Below the pieces are notes generated by a model. That model saw only the letters and a list, made by a program, of their open reading frames with translations. It did no database searches and had not been told where the DNA came from. 64,000 bases of DNA, from contig NC_043025.1 in assembly GCF_006345805.1 (NCBI RefSeq), forward strand, positions 15,934,001 through 15,998,000. Reading direction: 5' to 3'. The position numbers and the translations under genes are program-made. How positions within the stretch are numbered: the first letter of the stretch is position 1; each line of letters opens with the position of its first letter. The stretch is from Octopus sinensis. Its lineage: Eukaryota. Shown here piece after piece: positions 11,425 to 23,825 of this stretch.

Positions 11425-12267
11425 CATCATCATCATCGTTTAGCGTCCGCTTTCCATGCTAGCATGGGTTGGACGGTTCAACTGGGGTCTGGGAAGCCAG
11501 AAGGCTGCACCAGGCCCAGTTTGATCTGGCAATGTTTCTACGGCTGGATGTTCTTCCTAACGCCAACCACTCCATGAGTGTAGTGGGTGCTTTTTACATG
11601 CCACCTGGACAGGTGCCAGGCGAGTCTGGCAAACGGCCAGGATCGGATGGTGCTTTTTATGTGCCACTGGCACGGGGGCCAGGCGAGGCTGGCAACGGCC
11701 ACGAACGGATGGTGCTTTTTGCGTGCCACCGGCACGAGGCCAGTCTGGGCGGATCTGGCAACGGCCACGAACGGATGGTGCTTTTTACATGCCACCAGCA
11801 CGAGGCCAATCGGGGCGGAGCTGGCAACGGCCATGTTCGGATGTTTCTCTTACGTTCCACCGGCACTGGTAACTCAGCTACAATTTCCATTGATCGATTT
11901 CGATTCTGATTCTCACTTGCCTCAACAGGTCTTCACAAGTAGAGTTTTGTGTCCCAAGAAGGGAAGGTATGCATAAGTGGACTGGCTACATCCCAGGTAG
12001 AAGCCCACGGGATTATGGTCTCACTTGTCCTGCTGGGTCTTCTCACGCACAGCATACTTCCAAAGGTCTCGGTCTCTGGTCATTTCCTTGGTGAGACCTA
12101 AAGTTCGAAGGTCGTGCTTCACCACCTCGTCCCAGGTTTTCCTGGGTCTGCCTCTTCCACAGGTTCCCTCAACCGCTAGGGTGTAACACTTTTGCACACA
12201 ACTATCTTCATCCATTCTCACCACATGTCCATACCAGCGCAAACGTCTCTCTTGCACACCACATCTA
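11424..12267 (-). mobile_element. 5'-truncated RTE LINE (ORF2 C-terminus, 3'UTR, (GAT)n tail)
   Basis: [14 protein letters not shown]...[13 protein letters not shown], followed by a 3'UTR with ~57-bp tandem units and a GAT tail. Confidence 0.85.
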
Positions 12268-12324
12268 TATATAATATATATATATGTATATATATATATG
12301 TGTGTATATATATATATGTGTGTG

Positions 12325-12360
<36 letters not shown>

Positions 12361-13383
12361 TGTGTGTATATATATATATGTGTGTATATATATATATGTG
12401 TGTATATATATATATGTGTGTATATATATATATGTGTGTATATATATATATATGTGTATGTATATATATATGTGTATGTATATATATATGTGTATATATA
12501 TATATATGTGTATATATATATATATGTGTATATATATATGTGTATATATATATATGTGTATATGTATATATATATATATATGTATATATATATGTATATA
12601 TATATATATGTGTGTGTATATAATTGTATGTATATATATATGTGTATATATATATATGTGTATTATATATATGTGTATATATATATATGTGTATATATTA
12701 TATTGTGTATATATATATATGTGTATATATATATATATGTGTATATATATATAGGTGTATATATATATATATGGTATATATATGTGTATATATATATATA
12801 TGTGTATATATATGTGTATATATATATATGTGTATATGTATGTGTATATATATATATATATGTGTATGTGTATATATATATATGTGTATATATATGTGTA
12901 TATATATATATATATATGTGTATATGTGTATATATATGTGTATATATATATATATATATGTGTATATATATATATATATATGTGTATATATATATATATA
13001 TATGTGTATATATATATATATATATGTGTATATATATATATATATATGTGTATATATATATATATATATGTGTATATATATATATATATGTGTATATATA
13101 TTATATATGTGTATATATATATATATATGTGTATATATATATGTGTATATATATATGTGTATATATATATGTGTATATATATATATATATATGTGTATAT
13201 ATATATGTGTATATATATATGTGTATATATATATATATATGTGTATATATATATATGTGTATATATATATATGTGTATATATATATGTGTATATATATAT
13301 ATGTGTGTATATATATATGTGTATATATATATGTGTATATATATATATATGTGTATATATATATATGTGTATATGTGTATATA

Positions 13384-13414
<31 letters not shown>

Positions 13415-14242
13415 GTGTATATATATATATATATATATTAAGGTATGTAGAAAAATACATGGACAAGAACGTATAACTCTTAGAAGACGACACAATAAAC
13501 ATGGACAGGACATTCGAACCCCTCAGTCTTCAGTCAAGAACCGGATCATCGTAGTAATTTTGATATATATGTGTGTATATATATATGTGTGTATATATAT
13601 ATGTGTGTATATATATATGTGTGTATATATATATGTGTGTATATATATATGTGTGTATATATATATGTGTGTGTATATATATATGTGTGTATATATATAT
13701 GTGTGTATATATATATGTGTGTATATATATATGTGTGTGTATATATATTTGTGTGTATATATATATATATGTGTATATATATTATATATGTGTATATATA
13801 TTATATATGTGTATATATATATATATGTGTATATATATATATGTGTTGTATATATATATATGTGTATATATATAATATATATGTGTATATATATATATAT
13901 GTGTCTATATATATTATGTGTAATATATATATATGTGTATATATATATTATGTGTATATATATATATATGTGTATATATATATATGTGTATATATATATA
14001 TATATGTGTGTATATATATATATATATGTGTATATATATATATATATGTGTGTATATATATATATATATGTGTATATTATATATATATATGTGTATATAT
14101 ATATATATATATATGTGTATATATTAATGTGTATATATATATATAGTGTATATATATATATATATATGTGTATATATATTATATATGTGTATATATTATA
14201 TATATGTGTGTATATATATATATATGTGTATATATATATATA

Positions 14243-14323
<81 letters not shown>

Positions 14324-14478
14324 ATATATATATAGTGTGTGTTAATAATATATATATATGTGTGTATATATATATATATTTGTGTGTATATATATATGTG
14401 TGTATATATATATATATGTGTGTATATATATATATATGTGTATATATATATATGTGTATATATATATATATATATATA
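12268..14478. repeat. ~2.2-kb compound (TA)n/(TG)n microsatellite with a ~120-bp unique island (13440-13563)
   Basis: Directly visible; source of the spurious YIYI/CIYI ORFs. Confidence 0.95.
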
Positions 14479-14535
14479 CATTATTGGTGAATTGAAGAAA
14501 TGGAGCTGAACGCAGATTGAACAGAAATCGTTTTA

Positions 14536-14624
14536 TTTCATTCTACACGTGTTTCGAAAGGCACAAATTACCAAAATCCGATTGAATAATGGGACCATAT
14601 TGTGTCTTTCTCTTCAGGAAGAAA
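14536..14624 (-). ncRNA. Identical hammerhead ribozyme in the inverted 5' pLTR
   Basis: Exact reverse complement of 17887-17975. Confidence 0.85.
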
Positions 14625-15186
14625 AAAGGAAATCCGTTAGAGAAACAAAAACAGAACAGAGGCGGAGCAAAAACCAAATCGAACTATGCTCCTAAGAGCC
14701 CATGGCGAAACTGTTTATCAGTGTATGCTGAGAACCGGTGGCTGAAGAATTCTACAGGTCAGGCATCGGTCAATCATGTGGGTGAGGGTGTATAGATGTT
14801 CTTAGTGACCGAGAATAAAGTTCTGACTATTTAAGGAATATTGGATGTTTTATAAGGGGCGAGAAAAAATCTACTTAGAGACGTGTGTGTGTGTATACTG
14901 TTCTATATATGTGTGTGTTGGCGTAGGGGTAGAAAACACTTTTTGTGTACGTGTGTGCGTTTGATCGTTCGGCTGTCAGTGGCTACTGCCGTGATAACCG
15001 TTGGGTGGCAGAAAGAAAAAAATATATATATATTATGTTTTATGTGTGTGTGTGTTCATCTAAGCCTGCCTTGTCAAGGAAACCCCCCGCTGTGAAAAAA
15101 CCAAGCCCCGTTTGTCTTACAGGAGTAATTCCCCTTGCAGTGGATAATCGTAGATATCTTAAAGGCTATTTCAGAATTTGTTACCA

Positions 15187-17260
15187 TAAGCCTAACTTCC
15201 ACACTAACCCAGCGCTAAGACTCATATGCCCTGCTAGATCTGATATCGGGATAATCAGTAAGTACATTTTAGATAAATATATCCCTAGTTTAGTAAACAA
15301 GCTGAAGCTCAGCCTCTGGGCCAACTCCTCCCAGGTAGTGAAGTGGTTCTCTTCCATCCCCAATAAGAACCGTACTAGGTTCATTCAGTTTGATATCGCA
15401 GCCAGCTTCTACCCTCGATTAACCCTAGTGTGCTAAATAAGGCCCTCTGGCATGCTCACAACAAGGCTGGCCTCACCAGAGAAGAGATAGATATCATTTT
15501 AGTTGCCAGGAAATCGTTTATTAAGTTTGATAATAAGTTGTGGATCCGTAAAAATACTCCCAATGAATTTGATGTGCCTATGGGTAGTTCGGATAGTGCG
15601 CAGATAGCCGATTTAGTCGGTATATATATTCTCTACGAATTGTCCGACCAATTCCCGGAGATCGCGGGCGGCCTGTATCGTGACGATTGTCTGTTTTACC
15701 TGCAAAACACCACGAACAGAATAGTGCAGAAAACTAAGAGCAGGTTAGCTAGGTTTTTTAATAGAATGGGCATGAGTATAGTTTTTGATAATGAACTCAC
15801 CAAGGCTATTTTCCTAGACGTTACACTTAACCTTAATAGCGACTCATACTGCCCTTACCATAAGCCTTCCACTAATTTGAAGTATGTCAGTGTCTTCTCA
15901 AATCATGCCAAAACCGTAACAGACAATTTGGTTAAAAACATCTCTCTAAGATTGTCTGGCTTGTCCGCCAGTGCCGATATTTTTATGCAGAAAGCGGAAT
16001 TTTATAACGCCGCACTGTCCAAGGCCGGTTATAGGCAGAAGGTAATTTATATTGATCCGGCCCTTCCGATGCCATCATTCGGTCATCGGATAGGGCCGTA
16101 TATAATAACATTAACATTTTAAGTAAGGACGGGAGCGCGGCGGATGCGGGGTAGTCGCTCCCGCATTAATTTAGCGAACAAGGATAATTATCGGTCCGGG
16201 AGGTCTTACACTAACCCAAGACCCGTTATTCATCCGAGAATCACCCACCAGAGTGCGAGAGCTAGCGTCCCGACCCATCACACTGATAGGAATAAGCATA
16301 TATGGTTTGTAATCCCCTTTGGTAAGCAGATTAGAACTAACCTCCCCCTCTTGTTTAGACAAGCCATCGCCAATAACTTCCCCAGAAATTCCAAATATTA
16401 CTCCACGGTTAACTCACATAAAGTTAGGATAGCTTTCTCCAACACTAAAAACCTCGCCCAGATAATCGCCTCCCATAATAATAGGCTACTTACTAAGACC
16501 CTATCACCTTTTTCGGAGGCACAGCCTCTTCCGCTCCGGTTTAATGCTCAGTAGGAATAATTATAGTAGTAATAATGATATGAGAGCCAGTACAGTGACA
16601 CATAATCTCAGCTCCAGCCAGGGAGTACCCACTAGGGGTATAGTTATAAATAGGGGTGTTGTGGTTGACGGTAACAATGGGAGTAGGGTAGAGAGCCCCA
16701 ATAGCAACCCCAGCATCATTCCCGCTATAGCAGCACCACGGGCACTAGCAATGACAGTACTCTGATAGATAGTGGAGAATCAGGGGTTATTCCTATAGTT
16801 AATAGTGACGTAGTGGAAAATAGAGTAGTAAGCGGCTGCAGGTCTCGGAACGAATATAGTGACAGGAACGCAGTTCTAATTTCAGAAACTAATCCTAGCA
16901 GATTAAGATTTACGTCGGCGAACTCCAAGATCAAAAACGCCGTCTACCAATGCAAGGTTTACACGGACTCAGATGTCTTCACTTATGTAGGGGCATCATC
17001 CTCAAGATTGTCTTTGCGTGTCTCCAATCATTACGCAACTTTTCGGGACGTGAACAAGCGCCAGACCACGGGACTCAGTAAGCTAATATGGCGACTGAAG
17101 GATACGAACTTAAGCTACAGGCTGGAATGGTCAATTTTGTTGTCGTGGCCCTCCCATTTGATAGGGGCAGTGTAACCTTTGTGTCTCCGAACTCTTCCAT
17201 ATTTTGTTTGCCAGAGGCCGGATGGTAAACGGGCTCTTACAGTCGGCTTTTCGATGCCCC
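15187..17260 (+). pseudogene. Disrupted PLE RT plus GIY-YIG endonuclease ORF
   Basis: Pieces 15187-15436, 15430-16122, 16144-16554, 16544-16765 and 16813-17175 join through frameshifts and stops. Confidence 0.85.
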
Positions 17261-17886
17261 CATTGGCGGCGTTACACTTATCTGGCTTTTAAATAGCGTT
17301 TATAAATAATACCGGCACCCATAGCCCTTGGTAACAAATTCTGAAATAGCCTTTAAGATATCTACGATTATCCACTGCAAGGGGAATTACTCCTGTAAGA
17401 CAAACGGGGCTTGGTTTTTTCACAGCGGGGGGTTTCCTTGACAAGGCAGGCTTAGATGAACACACACAACATAAAACATAATATATTATATTTTTTTCTT
17501 TCTGCCACCCAACGGTTATCACGGCAGTAGCCACTGACAGCCGAACGATCAAACGCACACACGTACAAAAAGTGTTTTCTACCCCTACGCCAACACACAC
17601 ATATATAGAACAGTATACACACCACACACGTCTCTAAGTAGATTTTTTCTCGCCCCTTATAAAACATCCAATATTCCTTAAATAGTCAGAACTTTATTCT
17701 CGTCACTAAGAACATCTATACACCCTCACCCACATGATTGACCGATGCCTGACCTGTAGAATTCTTCAGCCACCGGTTCTCAGCATACACTGATAAACAG
17801 TTTCGCCATGGGCTCTTAGGAGCATAGTTCGATTTGGTTTTTGCTCCGCCTCTGTTCTGTTTTTGTTTCTCTAACGGATTTCCTTT

Positions 17887-17975
17887 TTTCTTCCTGAAGA
17901 GAAAGACACAATATGGTCCCATTATTCAATCGGATTTTGGTAATTTGTGCCTTTCGAAACACGTGTAGAATGAAA
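17887..17975 (+). ncRNA. Type I hammerhead ribozyme in the 3' pLTR
   Basis: TTTCTTC-CTGAAGA-[GAAAGACACAA...TTGTGCCTTTC]-GAAA-CACGTG-TA/GAATGAAA. Intact core, 11-bp helix II with one mismatch, palindromic helix III ACACGTGT, predicted GUA cut after 17967. Confidence 0.85.
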
Positions 17976-18182
17976 TAAAACGATTTCTGTTCAATCTGCG
18001 TTCAGCTCCATTTCTTCAATTCACCAATAATGTTTTAATTTCAATTATCCGCACCAACGCACGGTTGCAATGCCAGATGGTTGTACCTCCAACCGTGCTG
18101 TTTACTGCTGTGATTTTTGCTACTAAGGTATCGGTTAACTTTTGATTAATCTACAACAAGATTATTCATCTTTCTATTTCAC

Positions 18183-18223
<41 letters not shown>

Positions 18224-18226
<3 letters not shown>

Positions 18227-18574
18227 AATGCACCAGCTAAAGTTGTTACTGAATGGTACAAAGAACCTTCTAGTGAAGTTGAACATCTTATCTGGCCACC
18301 ACAGTCCCCAGATCTCAATATTATTGAACATTTATGGTGCATTTTAGAAAAACAAGTAAGGTGTTGATAGTCTTCACCATCATCACTACAAGAACTGGAG
18401 CCTGTTTTAGCTGAAGAATGGACAAAAATTCCTTTGGAAACAATTCAAACTTTATATGAGTCCATATCTTGTAGAATTCAAGCTGTAATTACTGCCAAAG
18501 GCGGTCCTACGCCATATTAAAATAAATTTGTTTGAAATTTTAAGGTGTTTCCATTATTTTGTCCAACACCCCTG
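18224..18574 (+). mobile_element. Tc1 (DD34E) transposon 3' fragment
   Basis: Translates DNAP...WPPQSPDLNIIEHLW...RIQAVITAKGGPTPY*; ends in a TIR ...gtccaacacccctg followed by TA. Confidence 0.85.
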
Positions 18575-18654
18575 TATATATATGGTATTTGAGTACTCTT
18601 TTTTTCCACCTTGTTTCACATTTATGTGTTTACTCCGGTATATATATATATATA

Positions 18655-18703
<49 letters not shown>

Positions 18704-18962
18704 ATTATTTGAGGGAATATAAATCCAAACTTAATTACAGGGAAAAAAATTCAATTTAGAAATACTAAATCAAATTTCACACAATATGATATATATATAT
18801 AAAATTAGAAAAAACCCACTTTTTATCAATTCAAAATGGACAATTAAATTACACCATCTAGAAAATTACATATAATAGAAATATTAAAATTAAAATAACA
18901 ATAAAATATCAATGATTAAGTAAATTGCAAAAAAAAAAAAAAAACGTATATAATTGGTAGAA

Positions 18963-19051
18963 TAACGACACGTGTTTCATGGCTATATTTAAGAAATGAT
19001 TATAGTAGTAGTAAAATCACTTCGATATAAATATAGCCACTCATCAGGTTA
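18963..19051 (-). ncRNA. Type I hammerhead ribozyme, second family, in an AT-rich non-coding element (~18701-21600, -)
   Basis: TAAC-CTGATGA-[GTGGCTATATTTA...TAAATATAGCCAT]-GAAA-CACGTG-TC/GTTA; 13-bp helix II plus a further 9-bp extension; GUC cleavage triplet. Confidence 0.82.
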
Positions 19052-19097
19052 AGAATAAACTAGAATAATAAAATAATTAATTAATAAATATACTTTA

Positions 19098-19147
<50 letters not shown>

Positions 19148-19519
19148 AATACTAAATATACATAAGTGAAAACTAAAACAATACTTAAATTATTAAATAC
19201 TTTAAAATTAATAAAAATACACAATGTTAGTACAAGTCATTGAATTGTAATCAAAATAAGAAATGGTTCAAATATAGACAAACTCATTAAATAAGCTAAC
19301 TATATAATTAATATACATATGTAGTATCTGTAGATTTAATGTATCAATCTATAACATATCAATTAATATAATACCTAATTAACTTAAAATTTAATATTAC
19401 ATAATAAATATGCCACCTAATGATTAAATAATATATTGTCTAACGAAATTAATTCTCAAATTAAATTAAATGTAATACGTTAGATCTCTCTCTCTATATA
19501 TATATTTAAATAAATAGAT

Positions 19520-19897
19520 CATTATCGTTTAACGTCCGTTTTCCGCGCTAGCAGGGGTTGGACGGTTCAACCGGGGTCTGGGGAGCCAGGGGCTGCTCCA
19601 GGCTCCAGTCTGATCTGGCAGTGTTTCTACAGCTGGATGCCTTTCATAACGCCAACCACTCCGCGAGTGTAGTGGGTGCTTTTTATGTGCCACCGGCACA
19701 GAAGCCAGTCGAGGCGGTGCTGGCATCGGCCACGTTCGGACGGTGCTTTTTATGTGCCACCGTCACAGAAGCCAGTCAGGGCGGTGCTGGTATCGGCCAC
19801 GTTCGGACGGTGCTTTTTATGTGCCACCGGCACAGAAGCCATTCGAGGCGGGGTTGGCATCGGTCACGTTCGGATGGTGCTTTTTATGTGCCACCGG
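19520..19897 (-). mobile_element. RTE LINE 3'UTR fragment with four tandem units
   Basis: Same 3'UTR and GAT tail as 28700-29187. Confidence 0.8.
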
Positions 19898-20327
19898 CTA
19901 TAAGAATTAATATCTATCGTAAACTTATATCTATCAATATATATAAAAATGATATAATGGCAAGAATTATTTGTTAATGGAAAGTAAGAAAACTTTTCAG
20001 CCCCCAAATTAAAGAACCAATGAAGAATACACTATGAAAATTTACAATCACAATCACCAGTCCCCTACAAAACCAGTCAGTAACAATAATAAAAATAACA
20101 ACGATCAAACTCAAAATAATTACAAGATCCAAATAATATTGATAAACAAACTAAGTTACTAAGTTCAACGATTAAATTAATCTGGATTTTAAACGTTTTA
20201 ATGTATTTTAGCGTCTAATTAATATACCCAATATTATTATTATTCATGAATAATACGATCAAAAAATTGGAAATAGTTCAAATATACACAAATCCATTAT
20301 ATAAACTAATTATATTAATATCTATAC

Positions 20328-20527
20328 TCTCTCTCTTTTACTCTTTTACTTGTTTCAGTCATTTAACTGCGGCCATGCTGGAGCACTGCCTTTAGTCGAG
20401 CAATTCGACCCCGGGACTTATTCTTTGTAAGCCCAGTACTTATTCTATCGGTCTCTTTTGCCGAACCGCTAAGTGACGGGGACATAAACACACCAGCATC
20501 GGTTGTCAAGCAATGCTAGGGGGACAA

Positions 20528-20560
<33 letters not shown>

Positions 20561-20725
20561 CATATATACGACAGGCTTCTTCCAGTTTCCGTCTACCAGA
20601 TCCACTCACAAGGCATTGGTCGGCCCGGGGCTATAGCAGAAGACACTTGCCCAAGATGCCACGCAGTGGGACTGAACCCGGAACCCTGTGGTTGGTTAGC
20701 AAGGTACTTACCACACAGCCACTCT
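20328..20725 (-). mobile_element. tRNA-derived SINE B
   Basis: Full-length match to 10590-10988. Confidence 0.85.
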
Positions 20726-21613
20726 TACTATGTATAATATTTATAGATTTAATATACCACACGATAAAAAAGCTAAACATAAAATTGATACTAAAATAAA
20801 ACTAGTTTACTTAAATATAATACTACTTAATAAAAAATATTATCTAATTATTAAAAGAAATATAGTCTAACAAAACTAATTCTCAAATTAAATAATATGT
20901 AAAACATTAAATTCCTATATAAAAATTAAAAGATATCATATCCAATATCGAACGTAAAAAATTACTATCAAGAAACTATCAATAAATAACAATATTAAAA
21001 CAACAACAATAATAATAATTTCAAACACAAAACGATTCCACATTCAAAAGAAATAGATAAACGATGAAATGTGAAACTTATCTTTGCAAAGCAAAAAAGT
21101 AACTGAATTTTAAACGTAAAATAGTTAAAGCATTTATAAAATTTAACACGTGGAGACTTTGTGCAAAGAAATAGAATAAATTCTCAATGAGAATGGCAAA
21201 TTTTTTTATCAATGAAAAATAGGGAAAAAACGAAAAAGCCTCATGAACTAAGGAAATGTGAGAGAGAAAACACAACTTATGGAGAAACTAGCATGAAGAC
21301 AGCGAAATATAACTAAAAGACACCTATTTATATATCAATAAGAATATTAACAACAGCTCAATATTAATCCCAAAAGAATACAAAATACAAACGAAATGGA
21401 GAAAAGAATGTTGCTTAGTTGAGAAAATATCACTAGAATAGTTCTTAGCATCTCTAAGAAATAAAAGTTGTGGAGACGTTGCGTGGAGAAATAGATTAAC
21501 GAAAATACGGTAATTATCTAAGCTTCACGAATCAAAGAAAATTAATAAAAATAGTAAAAATAGTATATTAAGTATTACTTGTTCATCAAAAACTACTTGT
21601 TCATCAAGCCGTC

Positions 21614-23010
21614 ATCATCATTTAACGTCCGCTTTCCATGCTGGCATGGGTTGGACGGTTCAACTGGGGTCTGGGAAGCCCAAAGGCTGCACCAGGCTCC
21701 AGTCTGATCTGGCAGTGTTTCTACTGCTGGATGCCCTTCCTAACGCCAACCACTCCGTGAGTGTAGTGGGTGCTTTTTACGTGCCACTGGCACATGTGCC
21801 AGACAATGCTGGCAAACGGCCCCGATCGAATGGTGCTTTTTACATGCCACTGGCACGGGACCAGTCGGACGGCGCTGGCTACGGCCATGTTCGGATGGTT
21901 CTCTTACGTGCCACCAGCACTGGTATCACAGCTACAATTTCCATTGGTGTTGATAGATTACGATTTTGATTTTCACTTGCCTCAACAGGTCTTCACAAGT
22001 AGAGTTTTGTGTCCCAAGAAGGAAAGGAATGCATAAGTGGACTGGCTACATCCCAGGTGTAGGCCACGGGATTATGGCCTCACTTGTCCTGCTGGGTCTT
22101 CTCACGCATAGCACACTTCCAGAGGTCTCGGTCTCGAGTCATTTCCTCAGTGAGACCTAAAGTTCGAAGGTCGTGCTTCACCACCTCGTCTTCACTACCT
22201 CTTCCGCAGGTTCCCTCAACCGCTAGGGTGTAACACTTTTGCACACAACTATCTTCAGCCATTCTCGCCACATGACCATACCAGCGCAAATGTCTCTCTT
22301 GCACACCACAACTGATGCTTCTTAGGTCCAACATTTCTCTCAAGGTACTTACACTCTGTCAAGTATGAACACTGACATTACACATCCATCGGATCATACT
22401 GGTTTCATTTCTTGCGAGCTTACGCATATCCTCAGCAGTCACAGCCCAAGTTTTACTGCCATGTAGCATGGCTGTTCGTACACATGTGTCATACAATCTG
22501 CCTTTTGTCACCAGCAGAGGTAAGAGCTCTCTAAACTTTGCCCAGGCTATTCTTACTCTAGCAGTTACACTTTCAACACGCATGACCCTGCAACTGACTT
22601 GGTCACCTAGGTAACGGAAGCTATCAACTACTTCTAGTTTTTCTCCCTGGAACGTGGTAGAAGTTGGTCTCTGCACATTTTCAGTGTTTATTGCTCCTGA
22701 GCATCTGCCACATACAAAAACCATCTTCCTAGTTAGCCTTCCTTTGACATTGCTGCACCTCTTATGTGTCCATAGCTTACACTTGGTGCATCTTATAGAG
22801 TTTCTACCTACGCCTTTTCTATAGATCGAGCAGGGCCATCTACCTGAAGGTGTTTGTGATTTGTCTACCTTCCTACTTATTAGAACTTTGGTTTTAGCTA
22901 GGTTGACTCTGAGGCCCTTCGATTCTAATCCTTGTTTCCACACCTGAAACTTCTCCCCCAGTTCTCATAGTGACTCAGCAATTAGGGCAAGGTCATCAGC
23001 ATAGAGGAGC
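21614..23010 (-). mobile_element. 5'-truncated RTE LINE
   Basis: WELLYADD, WPCSIYRKGVGRNSIRCTKCKLWTHKRC Cys-rich insert, RLRWYGH, 3'UTR and tail. Confidence 0.88.
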
Positions 23011-23239
23011 TCCCATGTGATTATAAATATTATTATCATTATTATTATAATTATTACCATAATTTTTTGCAATTTACTTAATCATTGATATTTTATTGTT
23101 ATTTTAATTTTAATATTTCTATTATATGTAATTTTCTAGATGGTGTAATTTAATTGTTCATTTTGAATTGATAAAAGGTGTTTTTTTTTCTAATTTTATA
23201 TATATAATACATGTACATATATATATATATATATATATA

Positions 23240-23271
<32 letters not shown>

Positions 23272-23825
23272 AATACATGTGTGTGTATATAATATATATT
23301 TATGATATATATATAATATCATCATCATCATCATCATTTAGCGTCCGCTTTCCATGCTAGCATGGGTTGGACAGTTCAACTGGGGTCTGTGAAGCTGGAA
23401 GGCTTCGTCAGGCCCAGTCTGATCTGGCAGTGTTTCTACGGCTGGATGCCCTTCTTAACGCCAACCACTCCGTGAGTGTACTGGGTGCTTTTTACGTGCC
23501 ACCCGCACAGGTGCCAGACAGAGCTGGCAAACGGCCACGAACAGATGATATGTATTTATGATATATATATATTATATTTATAATATATATAATATATGTA
23601 TTTATGATATATATAATATATGTATTTATAATATATATAATATACGTATTTATAATATATATATATATTATATTTATAATATATATTATATATGATATGT
23701 GATAATTATTCAGTAGCCAAGATAATTGCCACATATTATTCTACAGATAAATTTCCTCTATTTACATAATATTGAGGTCTCTGTCTTTCCTTTCTTACCG
23801 TTTTTACCAATAATATTATATACAA

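Larger units (their letters stand above)
14479..18032 (+). mobile_element. Penelope-like retroelement, 5'-truncated, with inverted pLTRs (14479-15186 and 17329-18032)
   Basis: RT motifs FIQFDI, FDVPMGSSDSAQIADLVG, GLYRDD; C-terminal GIY-YIG (AVYQCK...YVGAS...RVSNHYATF); ~705-bp terminal inverted repeats differing by a few small indels. Confidence 0.92.

Noticed and set aside
11590-11870. CRISPR-like repeat/spacer pattern (also 19680-19900, 60190-60460)
   Set aside because: The spacers are homologous to each other, the array lies in a LINE 3'UTR, and there are no cas genes in this eukaryotic context.
13440-13563. CTGAAGA...GAA motif on the - strand of the island
   Set aside because: No helix II or helix I pairing found.
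12192-14490. Long YIYI/CIYI ORFs up to 573 aa
   Set aside because: Translations of (TA)/(TG) microsatellite with no stop codons by composition.
14685-14735. Second hammerhead-like motif ctaagagcccatggcgaaactg in the pLTR
   Set aside because: The core lacks a base (CUAAGA), the cleavage position would be G, and no helix I forms.
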